Shown piece by piece: positions 29,501-37,954 of a DNA stretch of 64,000 nucleotides (position 1 is the first letter of the stretch; every line of letters starts with the position of its first letter). The notes under the pieces are model-generated. The model was given only the letters and a program-made list of their open reading frames with translations, ran no database searches and was not told the origin of the DNA. The DNA lies in the NCBI GenBank assembly GCA_965248695.1, contig CBDFKD010000002.1, positions 4,896,001 to 4,960,000 on the forward strand, written 5' to 3'. The position numbers and the translations under genes are program-made. The DNA is from Acidobacteriota bacterium. GTDB taxonomy: Bacteria; Acidobacteriota; UBA890; WLXD01.

Positions 29501-30075
29501 ATCTGGAAAAGCACGCCGATGTCACCACCCGACAGCTCGGGCAGGGACGGGCTGGGCGCGAGGTGGCGATCGGGGGGCTGGCGAACTCGATTCGCAGCCT
29601 CAACACGCGCAAGGGTGAGCGCATGGCGGTGGTTCAGATCGAGGACATGGAGGGCCAGGCCGAGGTGGTCATCTTCCCGGCGGTGTATCGACGTTGCGCT
29701 TCGCTGCTGGAGCCCGATGCCGTGCTGCTCATCAAGGGGCGGGCAGAGGCCAACGAGGACATGCCGCGACTGCTCGCCAGCGAGGTGAGCTTGCTCGCCG
29801 AGGCGACCAAACGCGAACGTCAGCGGACCGCCCAGACTTTGCGGATTGCCCTCGACATAAACGCTGTGAGCACGGACCTGGCAGCCTCGTTGCGCCAGGT
29901 GCTCGAGCGTCATCGTGGCTCGATCCCGGTGTACGTAGACGTGCGGCGCGCCGATCCGGCCGGCTTCCGAGTGCGCATTGCACCTAATCGGTACTTGTTC
30001 GTCGATCCGACCGCCGCGCTCCTCGGCGAGCTCGAGCAGCTGCTGGGGTCCGGATGCGCTCGGCTGACAGGATGA
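26533..30075 (+). CDS. dnaE: DNA polymerase III alpha subunit
   Basis: PHP domain FVHLHNH, GRGSAAGS, MPDIDIDF, LLKMDFLGL, YGFNKSH, OB fold; ATG 26533. Confidence 0.97.
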   Translation: MSRDLSQPSFVHLHNHTNFSLLDGATRINDLMLRCRELGMHAVALTDHGNMFGAIQFYRQAIANDLKPILGMEAYLAPASRFDRTARRAGESAYHQVLLARNSVGYRNLMKLASIGYLEGFYYRPRIDRETLALHADGLIGTTSCLSGEVCRLLLNGDTVGARRAVGEMIEIFGRGNYYVELQDQGLDEQRRINPDLVRLAGEFDIPLVATNDCHYLRQQDSGPHDVLLCIQTGKGIGDPNRMKFPNDQFYVKSPEEMAKVFAEVPAALATTTEIADRCDLEIDFGATHLPAFPVPEGRTLDGYFDEVVKGGFEERMRGVRQANGGAPFDEYERRLEFEMSVIREMGFPGYFLIVWDFIRFARERGIPVGPGRGSAAGSLVAYALGITDIDPLTYGLVFERFLNPERISMPDIDIDFCMRRRGEVIEYVANKYGRDRVAHIITFGTMAAKAAIRDVGRALEMSFGDVDRIAKMIPAELDATIAGARSSEESLRDAIDQDPQVERLVGLAAELEGQVRHASTHAAGVVIADEPLTNYVPLYKPPTGQGSDQDHFVATQYPMNDVDSIGLLKMDFLGLRTLTLVHDCLATISAELERPFTTADIPLDDQPTYRLFSQGATSGIFQFESSGMRDALRRLKPTRLDDLIAMNALYRPGPIRSGIVDEYIGRKHDHSRIKYVRAELEPVLEDTYGVIVYQEQVMRIASDMAGFSLGEADVLRKAMGKKSPEVMASMEEKFLHGSESKGIPANTAKPIWDMIVEFAGYGFNKSHSAAYALLAYQTAYLKTNYPIHFMAALLTTEQGNTDKVVQYINECRGMNVPVLPPDVNESAVHFTPAGESIRFGLAAIKGVGEGAVEAIIEARERVGAYRHLLQFCEEVQLSGGINRKTIESLIKAGAMDALVGDGQLDAGVARAMLDAQLEGSLAAGQKLQRDRAAGQGSLFAGGSERTDQELHVPLPAPPEPWSERQVLNAERESLGYYVTGHPLQRCAADLEKHADVTTRQLGQGRAGREVAIGGLANSIRSLNTRKGERMAVVQIEDMEGQAEVVIFPAVYRRCASLLEPDAVLLIKGRAEANEDMPRLLASEVSLLAEATKRERQRTAQTLRIALDINAVSTDLAASLRQVLERHRGSIPVYVDVRRADPAGFRVRIAPNRYLFVDPTAALLGELEQLLGSGCARLTG

Positions 30076-30653
30076 CGTTCGTGGAGGAGGTCCCGGAGGA
30101 CGCCGAGCAGCTCGAGGCGGTCCTGCGGGCGATACCCGACGATTCCGGTCTGGAGGGCGACGAGCAGGAGCAGTTTCGGCGGCTTCGCCGGCGTATCGGC
30201 CAGCGCCAGGCTGACTGGCGTCGGAGCATGGGCTCGCTCGGTCCGTTGTTCGACGACGAGGCCCATCGCGCCAAGGCGCTAGCCGGCAACCTCGCAACCG
30301 AGCTCAGCCAGGTTCTGGAGGTCTGGGCGCGTTTGCAGAGCGAGCACCGTCGGCCTACTGCGCGCGACCTGCCGCCTCTGCTGGCGTGGGTGGCGGAAGT
30401 CTCGGCGCGCTGGCAGCTCGAGGCGACGCGGTACATCGCGTTAGAGGGATGGGACCACGAGGCCGCCGAGGTGTTCAACGGGTTCCTCGGAGAAATCTGT
30501 GAGCGTTCCGTCGATCGAGCCTCGCAACGGCTCCGCGATGCCGATCCGGTGCGCGTCCGCGGTAGGGGTAGTTGGGGCATGCCGGGACGTTGGGTTAAGG
30601 CGCTAGGTGCCGCGCTGGGACGGCTTTTCCATCCCCGTCCGAGCTCGCGGTAG
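30072..30653 (+). CDS. Hypothetical protein (193 aa, helical-looking)
   Basis: ATG overlaps the dnaE stop (ATGA) and the ORF fills the dnaE-accA gap; no motif recognised. Confidence 0.65.
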   Translation: MTFVEEVPEDAEQLEAVLRAIPDDSGLEGDEQEQFRRLRRRIGQRQADWRRSMGSLGPLFDDEAHRAKALAGNLATELSQVLEVWARLQSEHRRPTARDLPPLLAWVAEVSARWQLEATRYIALEGWDHEAAEVFNGFLGEICERSVDRASQRLRDADPVRVRGRGSWGMPGRWVKALGAALGRLFHPRPSSR

Positions 30654-30679
30654 ATACGAGCTGCGGCGCCGCGAGGCCG

Positions 30680-30688
30680 TGCTAGGCT
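30680..30688 (+). promoter_or_regulatory. Extended -10 promoter (TGcTAGGCT), probably giving a leaderless accA transcript
   Basis: The hexamer ends 6 nt before ATG 30695 and no SD is present. Confidence 0.55.
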
Positions 30689-30694
30689 TGCGCG

Positions 30695-31648
30695 ATGTTC
30701 CGAAAAGCAGAGGAGATCGAGAAGCCGATTCGCGATCTCGAACAGCAGATCGCCGAGCTCCAGAGCTACCCTGAGTCGATGCAGCGCGACGTCCGGTTGC
30801 AACGACTCGAGGAGAAGCTCGACAGCACTCGCCGCAAGGTATACCTCAACCTCAGCCGCTGGCAGACGACGCTGGTCGCCCGACACCCGCAACGACCGCA
30901 TACGCGCGACTACATCTCCGGGCTGTGCACGGATTTCGTCGAGCTGCACGGCGATCGCCTCTTTCGCGACGACCCGGCGATCGTTGCCGGCCTGGCCTCG
31001 TTGGATGGGCAGCCCGTGGCTGTTGTAGGACACCAGAAGGGGCGCAGCACGAAGGAGAAGCTGCACCGCAATTTCGGGATGCCCAATCCGGAGGGCTATC
31101 GCAAGGCGCTGCGGATCATGCATCTGGCGGAGAAGTTCGGCAGCCCGGTGCTCACCTTCATCGACACGCCGGGCGCCTATCCGGGCTCCGGTGCCGAGGA
31201 GCGCGGGGTGGCCGAATCGATCGCCAGGAATCTTCGCGAGATGGCGGGCCTGCGCGTGCCGATCATTGCCACCGTCATCGGGGAAGGCGGCAGCGGCGGG
31301 GCGCTCGCCATCGGCGTGGCGGACCGGGTCAACATGCTGGAGCACTCGGTCTACTCGGTGATCTCGCCGGAGTCGTGCTCGTCGATCCTCTGGCGTGACA
31401 GTGAGCATGCCGAAGAAGCCGCCGATGCGCTCCGTCTGGCGGCGCCGGACCTCGTCGAGATGGAGCTCGTCGACGAGATCGTCAGCGAGCCGATCGGCGG
31501 AGCGCACACCGACCATGCTGCTACTGTCACCAGCGTCGGCGCGTTGCTGCGGCGACAGCTCGCCGAGCTCGGCGCGTTGGACATTGCCGCGATAATCGAT
31601 CGGCGCTACGACAAGTTCCGAGCCATGGGGACCTTCGCCTCCTCGTGA
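30695..31648 (+). CDS. accA: Acetyl-CoA carboxylase carboxyltransferase alpha subunit
   Basis: ARHPQRP, ELHGDR, NFGMPNPEGYRKALR, IDTPGAYPG, GEGGSGGALA. Confidence 0.97.
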   Translation: MFRKAEEIEKPIRDLEQQIAELQSYPESMQRDVRLQRLEEKLDSTRRKVYLNLSRWQTTLVARHPQRPHTRDYISGLCTDFVELHGDRLFRDDPAIVAGLASLDGQPVAVVGHQKGRSTKEKLHRNFGMPNPEGYRKALRIMHLAEKFGSPVLTFIDTPGAYPGSGAEERGVAESIARNLREMAGLRVPIIATVIGEGGSGGALAIGVADRVNMLEHSVYSVISPESCSSILWRDSEHAEEAADALRLAAPDLVEMELVDEIVSEPIGGAHTDHAATVTSVGALLRRQLAELGALDIAAIIDRRYDKFRAMGTFASS

Positions 31649-33363
31649 CAGGACCGAGCGAGGCGGCTGTCGGCACATCCCTCCTGGAGGCTCGGCAGCC
31701 CTGGCGAGTGCGCCAGATCGATGGCGAGCTTGCCGCCGAGATCGGGACCGCGCTGGGGCTCCTGCCGACGACCGCGCGCGTGCTGGTGGCGCGCGGCCTC
31801 GAGACCGTCGAGGCGGCGCAGGGGTTCCTGAATCCCGGGCTCGACGAGCTTCATTCACCGTTCGAGTTTGCTCAGATGGAGCCTGCTGTCGACCGGCTGA
31901 TGGCCGCACTTCGGAACGGCGAGCGCGTCGCGGTCCACGGCGACTACGACGTTGACGGTATTACGGGCGCCGTGCTGCTGGTGATGGTCCTGCGTCATCT
32001 CGGTGCCGAGGTCGAGCTCATCCTTCCACACCGGGTGGACGACGGCTACGGACTCAACCCGAGTGGCATCGACAAGGCGCACGCTGCCGGCGCTACGGTT
32101 CTCATCGCGGTGGATTGCGGCATCACTGCGCTCGACGCATGCGAGCATGCCCGTTCCCTCGGGATCGACGTCATCATCGCCGATCACCATCTGCCGAGAG
32201 CGGAGCTACCGCCGGCGGTGGCACTGCTGAACCCGCGTCTGCCCGACTCGGGTTATCCGGAGCAGGAGCTGGCGGCGGTCGGCGTGGCGTTCAAGCTGGC
32301 CCGCGGGCTGCTGGAGCGACATCCCACGAAGCTCAGCGGTTCGTCGTTGTTGAAGCTCGTCGCCCTCGGAACGGTGGCGGACCTGGTGCCGTTGCGTGGC
32401 GAGAATCGGGTCATGGCGTTTCATGGTCTCGCCGGTATGGCCAACGCCACCAACCCTGGATTGCTGGCGCTACTCGAGGTGTCAGGAGTGGACCGGCACC
32501 ACGTGGGTGCCTCCGACGTCGCTTTCCGCCTGGCGCCGCGGATCAACGCAGCCGGCCGGCTGGGACATCCGAACGACGCTGCCGAGATGTTCCTCACCGC
32601 GGATCCGGGTCGTGCGCGCCGGTTGGCCGGCAAGTTGCAGCGCCTCAACTCGTTGCGTCAGGAAACCGAGCGCAGCGTTTCCGCCGAAGCCATCGCGGCG
32701 TGCACCGGCGAAGATCCGATCACCGTGGTCTGCGGCGAGGGCTGGCACCGTGGCGTCATTGGAATTGTTGCCTCGCGGATGGTCGAGCGCTTCGGCCGTC
32801 CGGCACTGGTGATCTCGACGGACGGGTCGACCGCGCATGGCTCGGCCAGATCAGTGCCGGGCTTCAACATCGTGGCGGCGCTGGATGCCGTGGCCGACGA
32901 GCTCACGGCGTACGGCGGCCATCACCAGGCGGCCGGATTCGAGCTGCCAGCAAGTCAGGTAGAAGCTCTCCGATTGGGTCTCGTCGACTACGCCGACCGC
33001 CAGGATCCCGACGAGCTTCGGGCGACGCTCACCTGCGACTCCATACTGGAGCCGGAGACCATCACCCCGGCGCTGGCAATGGAGCTGGAACGCTTGGCGC
33101 CGTTCGGCATCGGCAATCCGAGGCCGCGGTTCCTGTGCCCGGACCTACGTCTGGCGGTGCCGCCGCGGCTGCTCAAGGAGGAGCATGTGAAGCTGCAGCT
33201 GCGCGGTCCCGAGACCGATATCGAAGCGGTGGGCTGGCGCCGGGCCGACCTGGCCACGTCGCTGCAAGGAGTCGAGCGCGTCTCAATCGTTGCCACCGTG
33301 CGGGCCCGGAAGTGGCAGGGGCGGCTCACTGCCCAGCTGGAGATCGGCGACATCTGCGCCTGA
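31645..33363 (+). CDS. recJ: ssDNA-specific exonuclease
   Basis: GDYDVDG, VDCG, DHH, GTVADLVPL, PRINAAGR, GSARS, GGHHQAAG, PFGIGNP. Confidence 0.95.
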   Translation: MTGPSEAAVGTSLLEARQPWRVRQIDGELAAEIGTALGLLPTTARVLVARGLETVEAAQGFLNPGLDELHSPFEFAQMEPAVDRLMAALRNGERVAVHGDYDVDGITGAVLLVMVLRHLGAEVELILPHRVDDGYGLNPSGIDKAHAAGATVLIAVDCGITALDACEHARSLGIDVIIADHHLPRAELPPAVALLNPRLPDSGYPEQELAAVGVAFKLARGLLERHPTKLSGSSLLKLVALGTVADLVPLRGENRVMAFHGLAGMANATNPGLLALLEVSGVDRHHVGASDVAFRLAPRINAAGRLGHPNDAAEMFLTADPGRARRLAGKLQRLNSLRQETERSVSAEAIAACTGEDPITVVCGEGWHRGVIGIVASRMVERFGRPALVISTDGSTAHGSARSVPGFNIVAALDAVADELTAYGGHHQAAGFELPASQVEALRLGLVDYADRQDPDELRATLTCDSILEPETITPALAMELERLAPFGIGNPRPRFLCPDLRLAVPPRLLKEEHVKLQLRGPETDIEAVGWRRADLATSLQGVERVSIVATVRARKWQGRLTAQLEIGDICA

Positions 33364-33387
33364 CCACACGTCCGGCCCGTTTGGCGA

Positions 33388-34164
33388 TCAGCTGCGCGGC
33401 GCGACGGCCCAGGCGATGACGATCCCGACGGCGTACAGAAGCAGCATCGGCAGAGCCAGGATGGTCTGTGTCGCCATGTCGGGGGTCGGGGTTACGACCG
33501 CTGCGACGACGAAGATGATGAGAACCGCGTAGCGGAAGTTCCTCCACATGCTTCCAGCGGTGAGGATGCCCAGGCGCGCCAAGAACAGCACGACGATCGG
33601 CCACTGGAAGATCAGCGCACAGCCGACGAGCGTGCGGGTGAGGAACCCGAAGAGGTTGTTGACCGCCAGGACAGGTCGGAAATCGCCGCCGAGCGACAGG
33701 AAGAAGTTGGCCATCACCGGAAAGAGCACCCGGTACCCGAACAGGGCGCCCAGAAGGAAGCAGCCCACCGAGGACAGGACGACGGGGAACGCGTAGTGTC
33801 GCTCGCGCCGGTACAGGCCGGGAGCGACGAACATCCACACCTGATAGATGATCACCGGCGAGGCGAACAAGAAGCCGGCCAGCGCCGCCACTTTCAGGTA
33901 GAGGATGAAGGGCTCGGTCAGCGAAAGGTAGGCCGGGCGCTCGTCGGCGGGGAGTAGATCGACGATCGGTCGAGTCAGCAGCGCGTACAAGTTCGACGCG
34001 AACGCCCAGCTCACGATCGTCCCGATGATGAACGTCGTCAGGCTGACGATGATGCGTCGGCGTAGCTCGGTCAGATGACCGAGGAGCGACATTTCCGGCA
34101 GGGCTTCGCTGCGGCCCGCTCCTGGCAGGTCGTCGGCCGTCGTGGCGCCTTCAGGCTCGCTCAC
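33388..34164 (-). CDS. tatC: Twin-arginine translocase subunit TatC
   Basis: MSLLGHLTELRRR, QVWMFVAPGLY, AAVVTPTPD; multiple hydrophobic helices. Confidence 0.95.
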   Translation of the reverse strand: MSEPEGATTADDLPGAGRSEALPEMSLLGHLTELRRRIIVSLTTFIIGTIVSWAFASNLYALLTRPIVDLLPADERPAYLSLTEPFILYLKVAALAGFLFASPVIIYQVWMFVAPGLYRRERHYAFPVVLSSVGCFLLGALFGYRVLFPVMANFFLSLGGDFRPVLAVNNLFGFLTRTLVGCALIFQWPIVVLFLARLGILTAGSMWRNFRYAVLIIFVVAAVVTPTPDMATQTILALPMLLLYAVGIVIAWAVAPRS

Positions 34165-34188
34165 CGCGCGGATGCTCCGGCCACTCGC

Positions 34189-34404
34189 TCAGTCGTCGTC
34201 GCGAGGTTCCGACCGGTCGCTGCGACGCTCATCGAGGGAGATCTCGTCTTCCAGGGAGCGTTTCAGGTCGTTGGATGCTCGACGGAACTCACCCAGGCCT
34301 TTGCCGATAGTCCGCCCGAGCTCCGGCAGCCGCTTGGGGCCGAATACGACGAGCGCGATGACCAAGATGATGAGGAGCTCCGTGCCCCCGATCGAGCCGA
34401 ACAT
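34189..34404 (-). CDS. tatA: Twin-arginine translocase TatA/TatB family subunit
   Basis: GGTELLIILVIALVVFGPKRLPELGR; GAGGT SD. The GP.RLP motif could equally indicate TatB. Confidence 0.85.
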   Translation of the reverse strand: MFGSIGGTELLIILVIALVVFGPKRLPELGRTIGKGLGEFRRASNDLKRSLEDEISLDERRSDRSEPRDDD

Positions 34405-34543
34405 GATTACCTCGCGACGGTTCCACTGTAGACCAGATAGCGACCATCATACGGCCCACTGTGCCGTAGCGACAATCCCACGACCACCTGCGCACGGGGG
34501 AGCGCCGGTCCTCGCCTGAGAATCGCGTCCGCTGCGGACCGCC

Positions 34544-35716
34544 TCAACCGATCGACGATAGATACTTGTAAGCGTTGCCGGTGAGGAAGCAGAGGACACG
34601 CCCACTGCCGTCCAGCCGACCCTGACGAGCAAGCTCGGCGGCCGCCACCATGGTTGCGGCCGCTTCCGGGGCCGGGTACATCCCCTCTGTGCGCGCGGTC
34701 AGTCGCACCATGTCCAGCATCGCCTCGTCGGACACCGAGATGGCGTCGCCGCCCGATTCCCGCAGGACGGACAGGATCTCAATGTCGGCGAAGGGTCGCG
34801 GCACCCTCAGGCCGTTGGCCACGGTCTGTGCATCGACCCAGGGCTCGGCGCCCGTGTCGCCTGCCGAGAGCGCACGCACGATGGGCGCACAACCGTCGGC
34901 TTGCACGGCGTACATGCGCGGCCGCCGCGCCCCGATAAGCCCCACCGCCTCGAGCTCGTCGAACGCCTTCCACATGCCGAGCAGTCCCGTGCCACCACCA
35001 GTGGGGTACACAATGCTGTCCGGGAGGTCCCAACCCAGTTGCTCGGCGAGCTCGAAACCCATCGTTTTCTTGCCCTCGAGGCGGTAGGGCTCTTGTAGCG
35101 TGCTCACCGGGAACCAGTCGTCATCTGCGTCGGCCGCCATTTTTGCGCCGGCGTCGGCGATGGTGCCATCGACTGTGATCACCTCGGCGCCGAGATCGCG
35201 GCACTCGACGACGAACTCCATCGGCGTATCGACCGGCATGTAGACAATGGCCCGCAGGTCGCCGCGGGCGCAGTACGCCGCCAGAGCGCTGCCCGCGTTG
35301 CCGGCGGTGGGGATAGACAGCGTCCGTGCGCCGAGCTCGCGTGCCCGGCTTACCGCCATGCATAGCCCGCGCGCCTTGAAGGAGCCGGTCGGATTGACGC
35401 CCTCATCCTTGAGCAGTAGTCGTGGCAGCCCGAGCTGCCCGCCGAGGCGCTCAGCCGCAAGCAACGGGGTTCCGCCCTCACCAAGCCCCAGGCGATGCTC
35501 CGGTGCTCGCACGGGGAGAAGCTCGGCGTAGCGCCAGAGGTCCCAGGACCGCTCCGCGAGTGTCTCGGTGCTCCAGCGGACCTTCGTTCGGTCCAGCTCG
35601 TACCGCGGATACAACGGGCCGCCGCAAGCGCTACAGAACCGTTGCAGGCGGTCGGCATCGTGTGACTCGTCGCAGCGGCTGCAGATCAGATCGCGAAGAA
35701 GCGACGGCGGCACCAT
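34544..35716 (-). CDS. thrC: Threonine synthase (PLP-dependent)
   Basis: N-terminal CxxC/CxxC, LGEGGTPL, NPTGSFKARG (PLP lysine), EGKKT, PTGGG. Confidence 0.85.
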   Translation of the reverse strand: MVPPSLLRDLICSRCDESHDADRLQRFCSACGGPLYPRYELDRTKVRWSTETLAERSWDLWRYAELLPVRAPEHRLGLGEGGTPLLAAERLGGQLGLPRLLLKDEGVNPTGSFKARGLCMAVSRARELGARTLSIPTAGNAGSALAAYCARGDLRAIVYMPVDTPMEFVVECRDLGAEVITVDGTIADAGAKMAADADDDWFPVSTLQEPYRLEGKKTMGFELAEQLGWDLPDSIVYPTGGGTGLLGMWKAFDELEAVGLIGARRPRMYAVQADGCAPIVRALSAGDTGAEPWVDAQTVANGLRVPRPFADIEILSVLRESGGDAISVSDEAMLDMVRLTARTEGMYPAPEAAATMVAAAELARQGRLDGSGRVLCFLTGNAYKYLSSIG

Positions 35717-35862
35717 GCTGGGACCTCGAGCTGATGTTCGGTCGCCGCGTTGCGCACCCCCCAATTTAGCGCGGTCGAGAGACGAACCGATTTGTGAAAG
35801 CGGACACTATCAGGTCGTCGGTCAGGGCCTCGTTCGAGCAGCGTGCGCCGGGTCAGGGCTCG

Positions 35863-35891
35863 TTGAAGGTGAGCACCTTTTTTGTTACGGT
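35863..35891 (+). promoter_or_regulatory. Sigma70-type promoter for the rimP-nusA-infB operon
   Basis: TTGAAG, 17-nt spacer, TACGGT, with extended TG. Confidence 0.5.
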
Positions 35892-35912
35892 CTACGCAAT
35901 TCGGGTACCTCG

Positions 35913-35945
35913 GAGAGGTGGGCCCAGCGCCCGCTCTTTTTTTTT
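35913..35945 (+). terminator. rimP leader: premature intrinsic terminator hairpin
   Basis: GAGAGGTGGGC-ccagc-GCCCGCTC followed by T9, just upstream of rimP; matches the GGGc...gCCC rimP-leader motif. Confidence 0.75.
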
Positions 35946-35970
35946 GTTAGGGGGTTTTTTGGCGACTCCT

Positions 35971-36486
35971 GTGACCCAGGAAACGCGGTCTGCCGGCGCC
36001 CAATCCGGCGAAAAGTCTTCTGGTGACGTGCGTTCCGGCGCTGCCGAGGTGCTTCGACCGCACGCCGAGCGAGTCGCCGGCCGCGAAGGTTGCACGCTGG
36101 TCGATGTGCGGCATGTCCACGAGGACGGGGGCTGGGTCTTGCGGGTAGTGATCGATCGCCCCGGCGGCGTGCACATCGAGCACTGCGTCAAGGTCAGCCG
36201 TCAGCTTTCGGCTCTCCTGGATGTCGAGGACTTGCTCCCTGGAGCCTATCGCCTGGAAGTCACTTCACCCGGTCTGGAGTGTCCGCTGCTCGTAGCCGCC
36301 GATTTTCGTCGATACGCTGGGCAGCGAGTTCGAGTTCTGGCGACAGAGGTGGCGGGCGACAATCTGTATCGAGGTGTTCTGGCCGGCCTGCAGCGCGGCA
36401 GCATTCTGCTCGACGATGACTCCTTGGGGCGACTCGAGATTCCGCTGAAGCGGATCACCGAGGCGCGTCTGGAAGTCGAGATCTAG
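35971..36486 (+). CDS. rimP: Ribosome maturation factor
   Basis: LRVVIDRPGGV, CVKVSR, YRLEVTSPG; precedes nusA. GTG start is uncertain. Confidence 0.9.
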   Translation: MTQETRSAGAQSGEKSSGDVRSGAAEVLRPHAERVAGREGCTLVDVRHVHEDGGWVLRVVIDRPGGVHIEHCVKVSRQLSALLDVEDLLPGAYRLEVTSPGLECPLLVAADFRRYAGQRVRVLATEVAGDNLYRGVLAGLQRGSILLDDDSLGRLEIPLKRITEARLEVEI

Positions 36487-36504
36487 CGGGCGAGGAGCGA
36501 GCTC

Positions 36505-37881
36505 ATGCTGCTGCAGACGATCGAGCAGATTGGTCGGGAGAAGAACATCGCGCCGGAGGTCATCGTTGCCGCGATCGAAGAGGCGATGGCGGTGGCGGCG
36601 CAGAAGTTCTATCGCACCGAAGACTACCTCGAGGCAGCGCTGAACCCCGAGTCGGGCGAGCTCGAGCTGCACGCGGTCAAGAACGTGGTCGAGGAGGTCG
36701 AGGACCCCCTTTCCGAGATTACGGTCGAGGACGCTCGCGAGGAGGGGATGGAAGATCCCCAGGTCGGTGCGCAGATGCGCACGCAGATGCCCACAGATCA
36801 ACTGGGACGTATCGCGGCCCAGGCTGCCAAGCAGGTTCTGTATCAGAAGGTCCGTGACGCCGAGCGCGACAACATCTATGCGGAGTACACCGACCGGGTC
36901 GGCGAGCTGCTTACGGGAACGGTGAAGCGGTTCGAGCGCGGCGACATGATCGTCGATCTCGGTCGCGCTGAAGCGCTGCTGCCGCGGCGCGAGCAGTCGC
37001 GCGCCGAGCACTACAACATCAGCGATCGTGTTCGCGTTGTGATCGTCGAAGTGTTGCGGGCGACACGCGGCCCGCAGATCGTCGTATCACGCAGCAGCCC
37101 CGAGCTCCTGCTCAGGCTCTTCGAGATGGAGGTGCCGGAGATCTACGACGGCACCGTGCAGATCAAGGGAGCGGTTCGCGAAGGTGGCGATCGTGCCAAG
37201 GTGGCCGTGCACTCCAAGGATTCGGATATCGATCCGGTCGGCGCCTGTGTCGGAATGCGCGGCTCCCGGGTGCAGGCCATCATTCGCGAGCTTCGAGGCG
37301 AGAAGATCGACATCGTCGAATGGGCCGAGGAGCCGGACCAGTACGCCATAAACTCGCTCAAACCGGCACGCGTAAGCCGCGTCGGTGAGGCGCTGGTAGT
37401 CAACGATCTGGGTCATGAGGAGCACCACCTCGAGGTGATCGTCGACGAGGATCAGCTGTCGCTGGCGATCGGCAAGCGAGGCCAAAACGTACGGCTGGCA
37501 GGCAAGCTCCTCGGTCGCAAGATCGACGTCAAGAGCCACGAACAGAAGCGTCAGGAACTTGCGCCTGCACCGCCGGTGGTGACCCCCACCGGGGAGGGGT
37601 CGGACGCCGAGCCGGTGGCGGCGCTGCGACAAATCCCCGGCGTTGGGCCGAAGGCCGCCGAAGCGCTGGTGGCGGCCGGCTTCACTGGCGCCGCCGACAT
37701 CGCGGCGGCAGACATAGACGCGTTAGTCGCCGTCGACGGGATCGGTCCGAAGACCGCGGCGAAGATCCACCAGGCCGCCTCGACGCTGAACGAACCGGAG
37801 CCCCCGACAACAGAGGGGCATGCTGCGCCCGAGCCGGAGATTGGCGCAGAAACAGCGGCGCTGGAGGCGGAACCGGCCTAG
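36505..37881 (+). CDS. nusA: Transcription termination/antitermination factor
   Basis: GRIAAQAAKQ, S1 and KH domains, DPVGACVGMRGSR, AIGKRGQNVRLA, C-terminal HhH repeats. Confidence 0.97.
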   Translation: MLLQTIEQIGREKNIAPEVIVAAIEEAMAVAAQKFYRTEDYLEAALNPESGELELHAVKNVVEEVEDPLSEITVEDAREEGMEDPQVGAQMRTQMPTDQLGRIAAQAAKQVLYQKVRDAERDNIYAEYTDRVGELLTGTVKRFERGDMIVDLGRAEALLPRREQSRAEHYNISDRVRVVIVEVLRATRGPQIVVSRSSPELLLRLFEMEVPEIYDGTVQIKGAVREGGDRAKVAVHSKDSDIDPVGACVGMRGSRVQAIIRELRGEKIDIVEWAEEPDQYAINSLKPARVSRVGEALVVNDLGHEEHHLEVIVDEDQLSLAIGKRGQNVRLAGKLLGRKIDVKSHEQKRQELAPAPPVVTPTGEGSDAEPVAALRQIPGVGPKAAEALVAAGFTGAADIAAADIDALVAVDGIGPKTAAKIHQAASTLNEPEPPTTEGHAAPEPEIGAETAALEAEPA

Positions 37882-37954
37882 TCGCCTCCGTAGCCTCGGC
37901 ACCCTTCGCAGAATCCACACGTAACGAGCTCAGAGCCAAGAGACGAGAGATCCG

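Noticed and set aside
26533-30075. Intein in DnaE
   Set aside because: Length (1180 aa) is normal and there is no C...HN splice signature or endonuclease insert.
29984-31909. 641-aa minus-strand ORF and similar long antisense ORFs (e.g. 22477-24126, 26770-28281, 49087-50550, 62279-63688)
   Set aside because: Shadow ORFs antisense to well-supported genes, expected at high GC; no recognisable motifs.
35820-35842. SRP RNA (GTCAGG-N10-AGCAGC resembles domain IV)
   Set aside because: The 10 nt between CAGG and AGCAG cannot form the required stem with GNRA loop, and no long flanking helix is evident.
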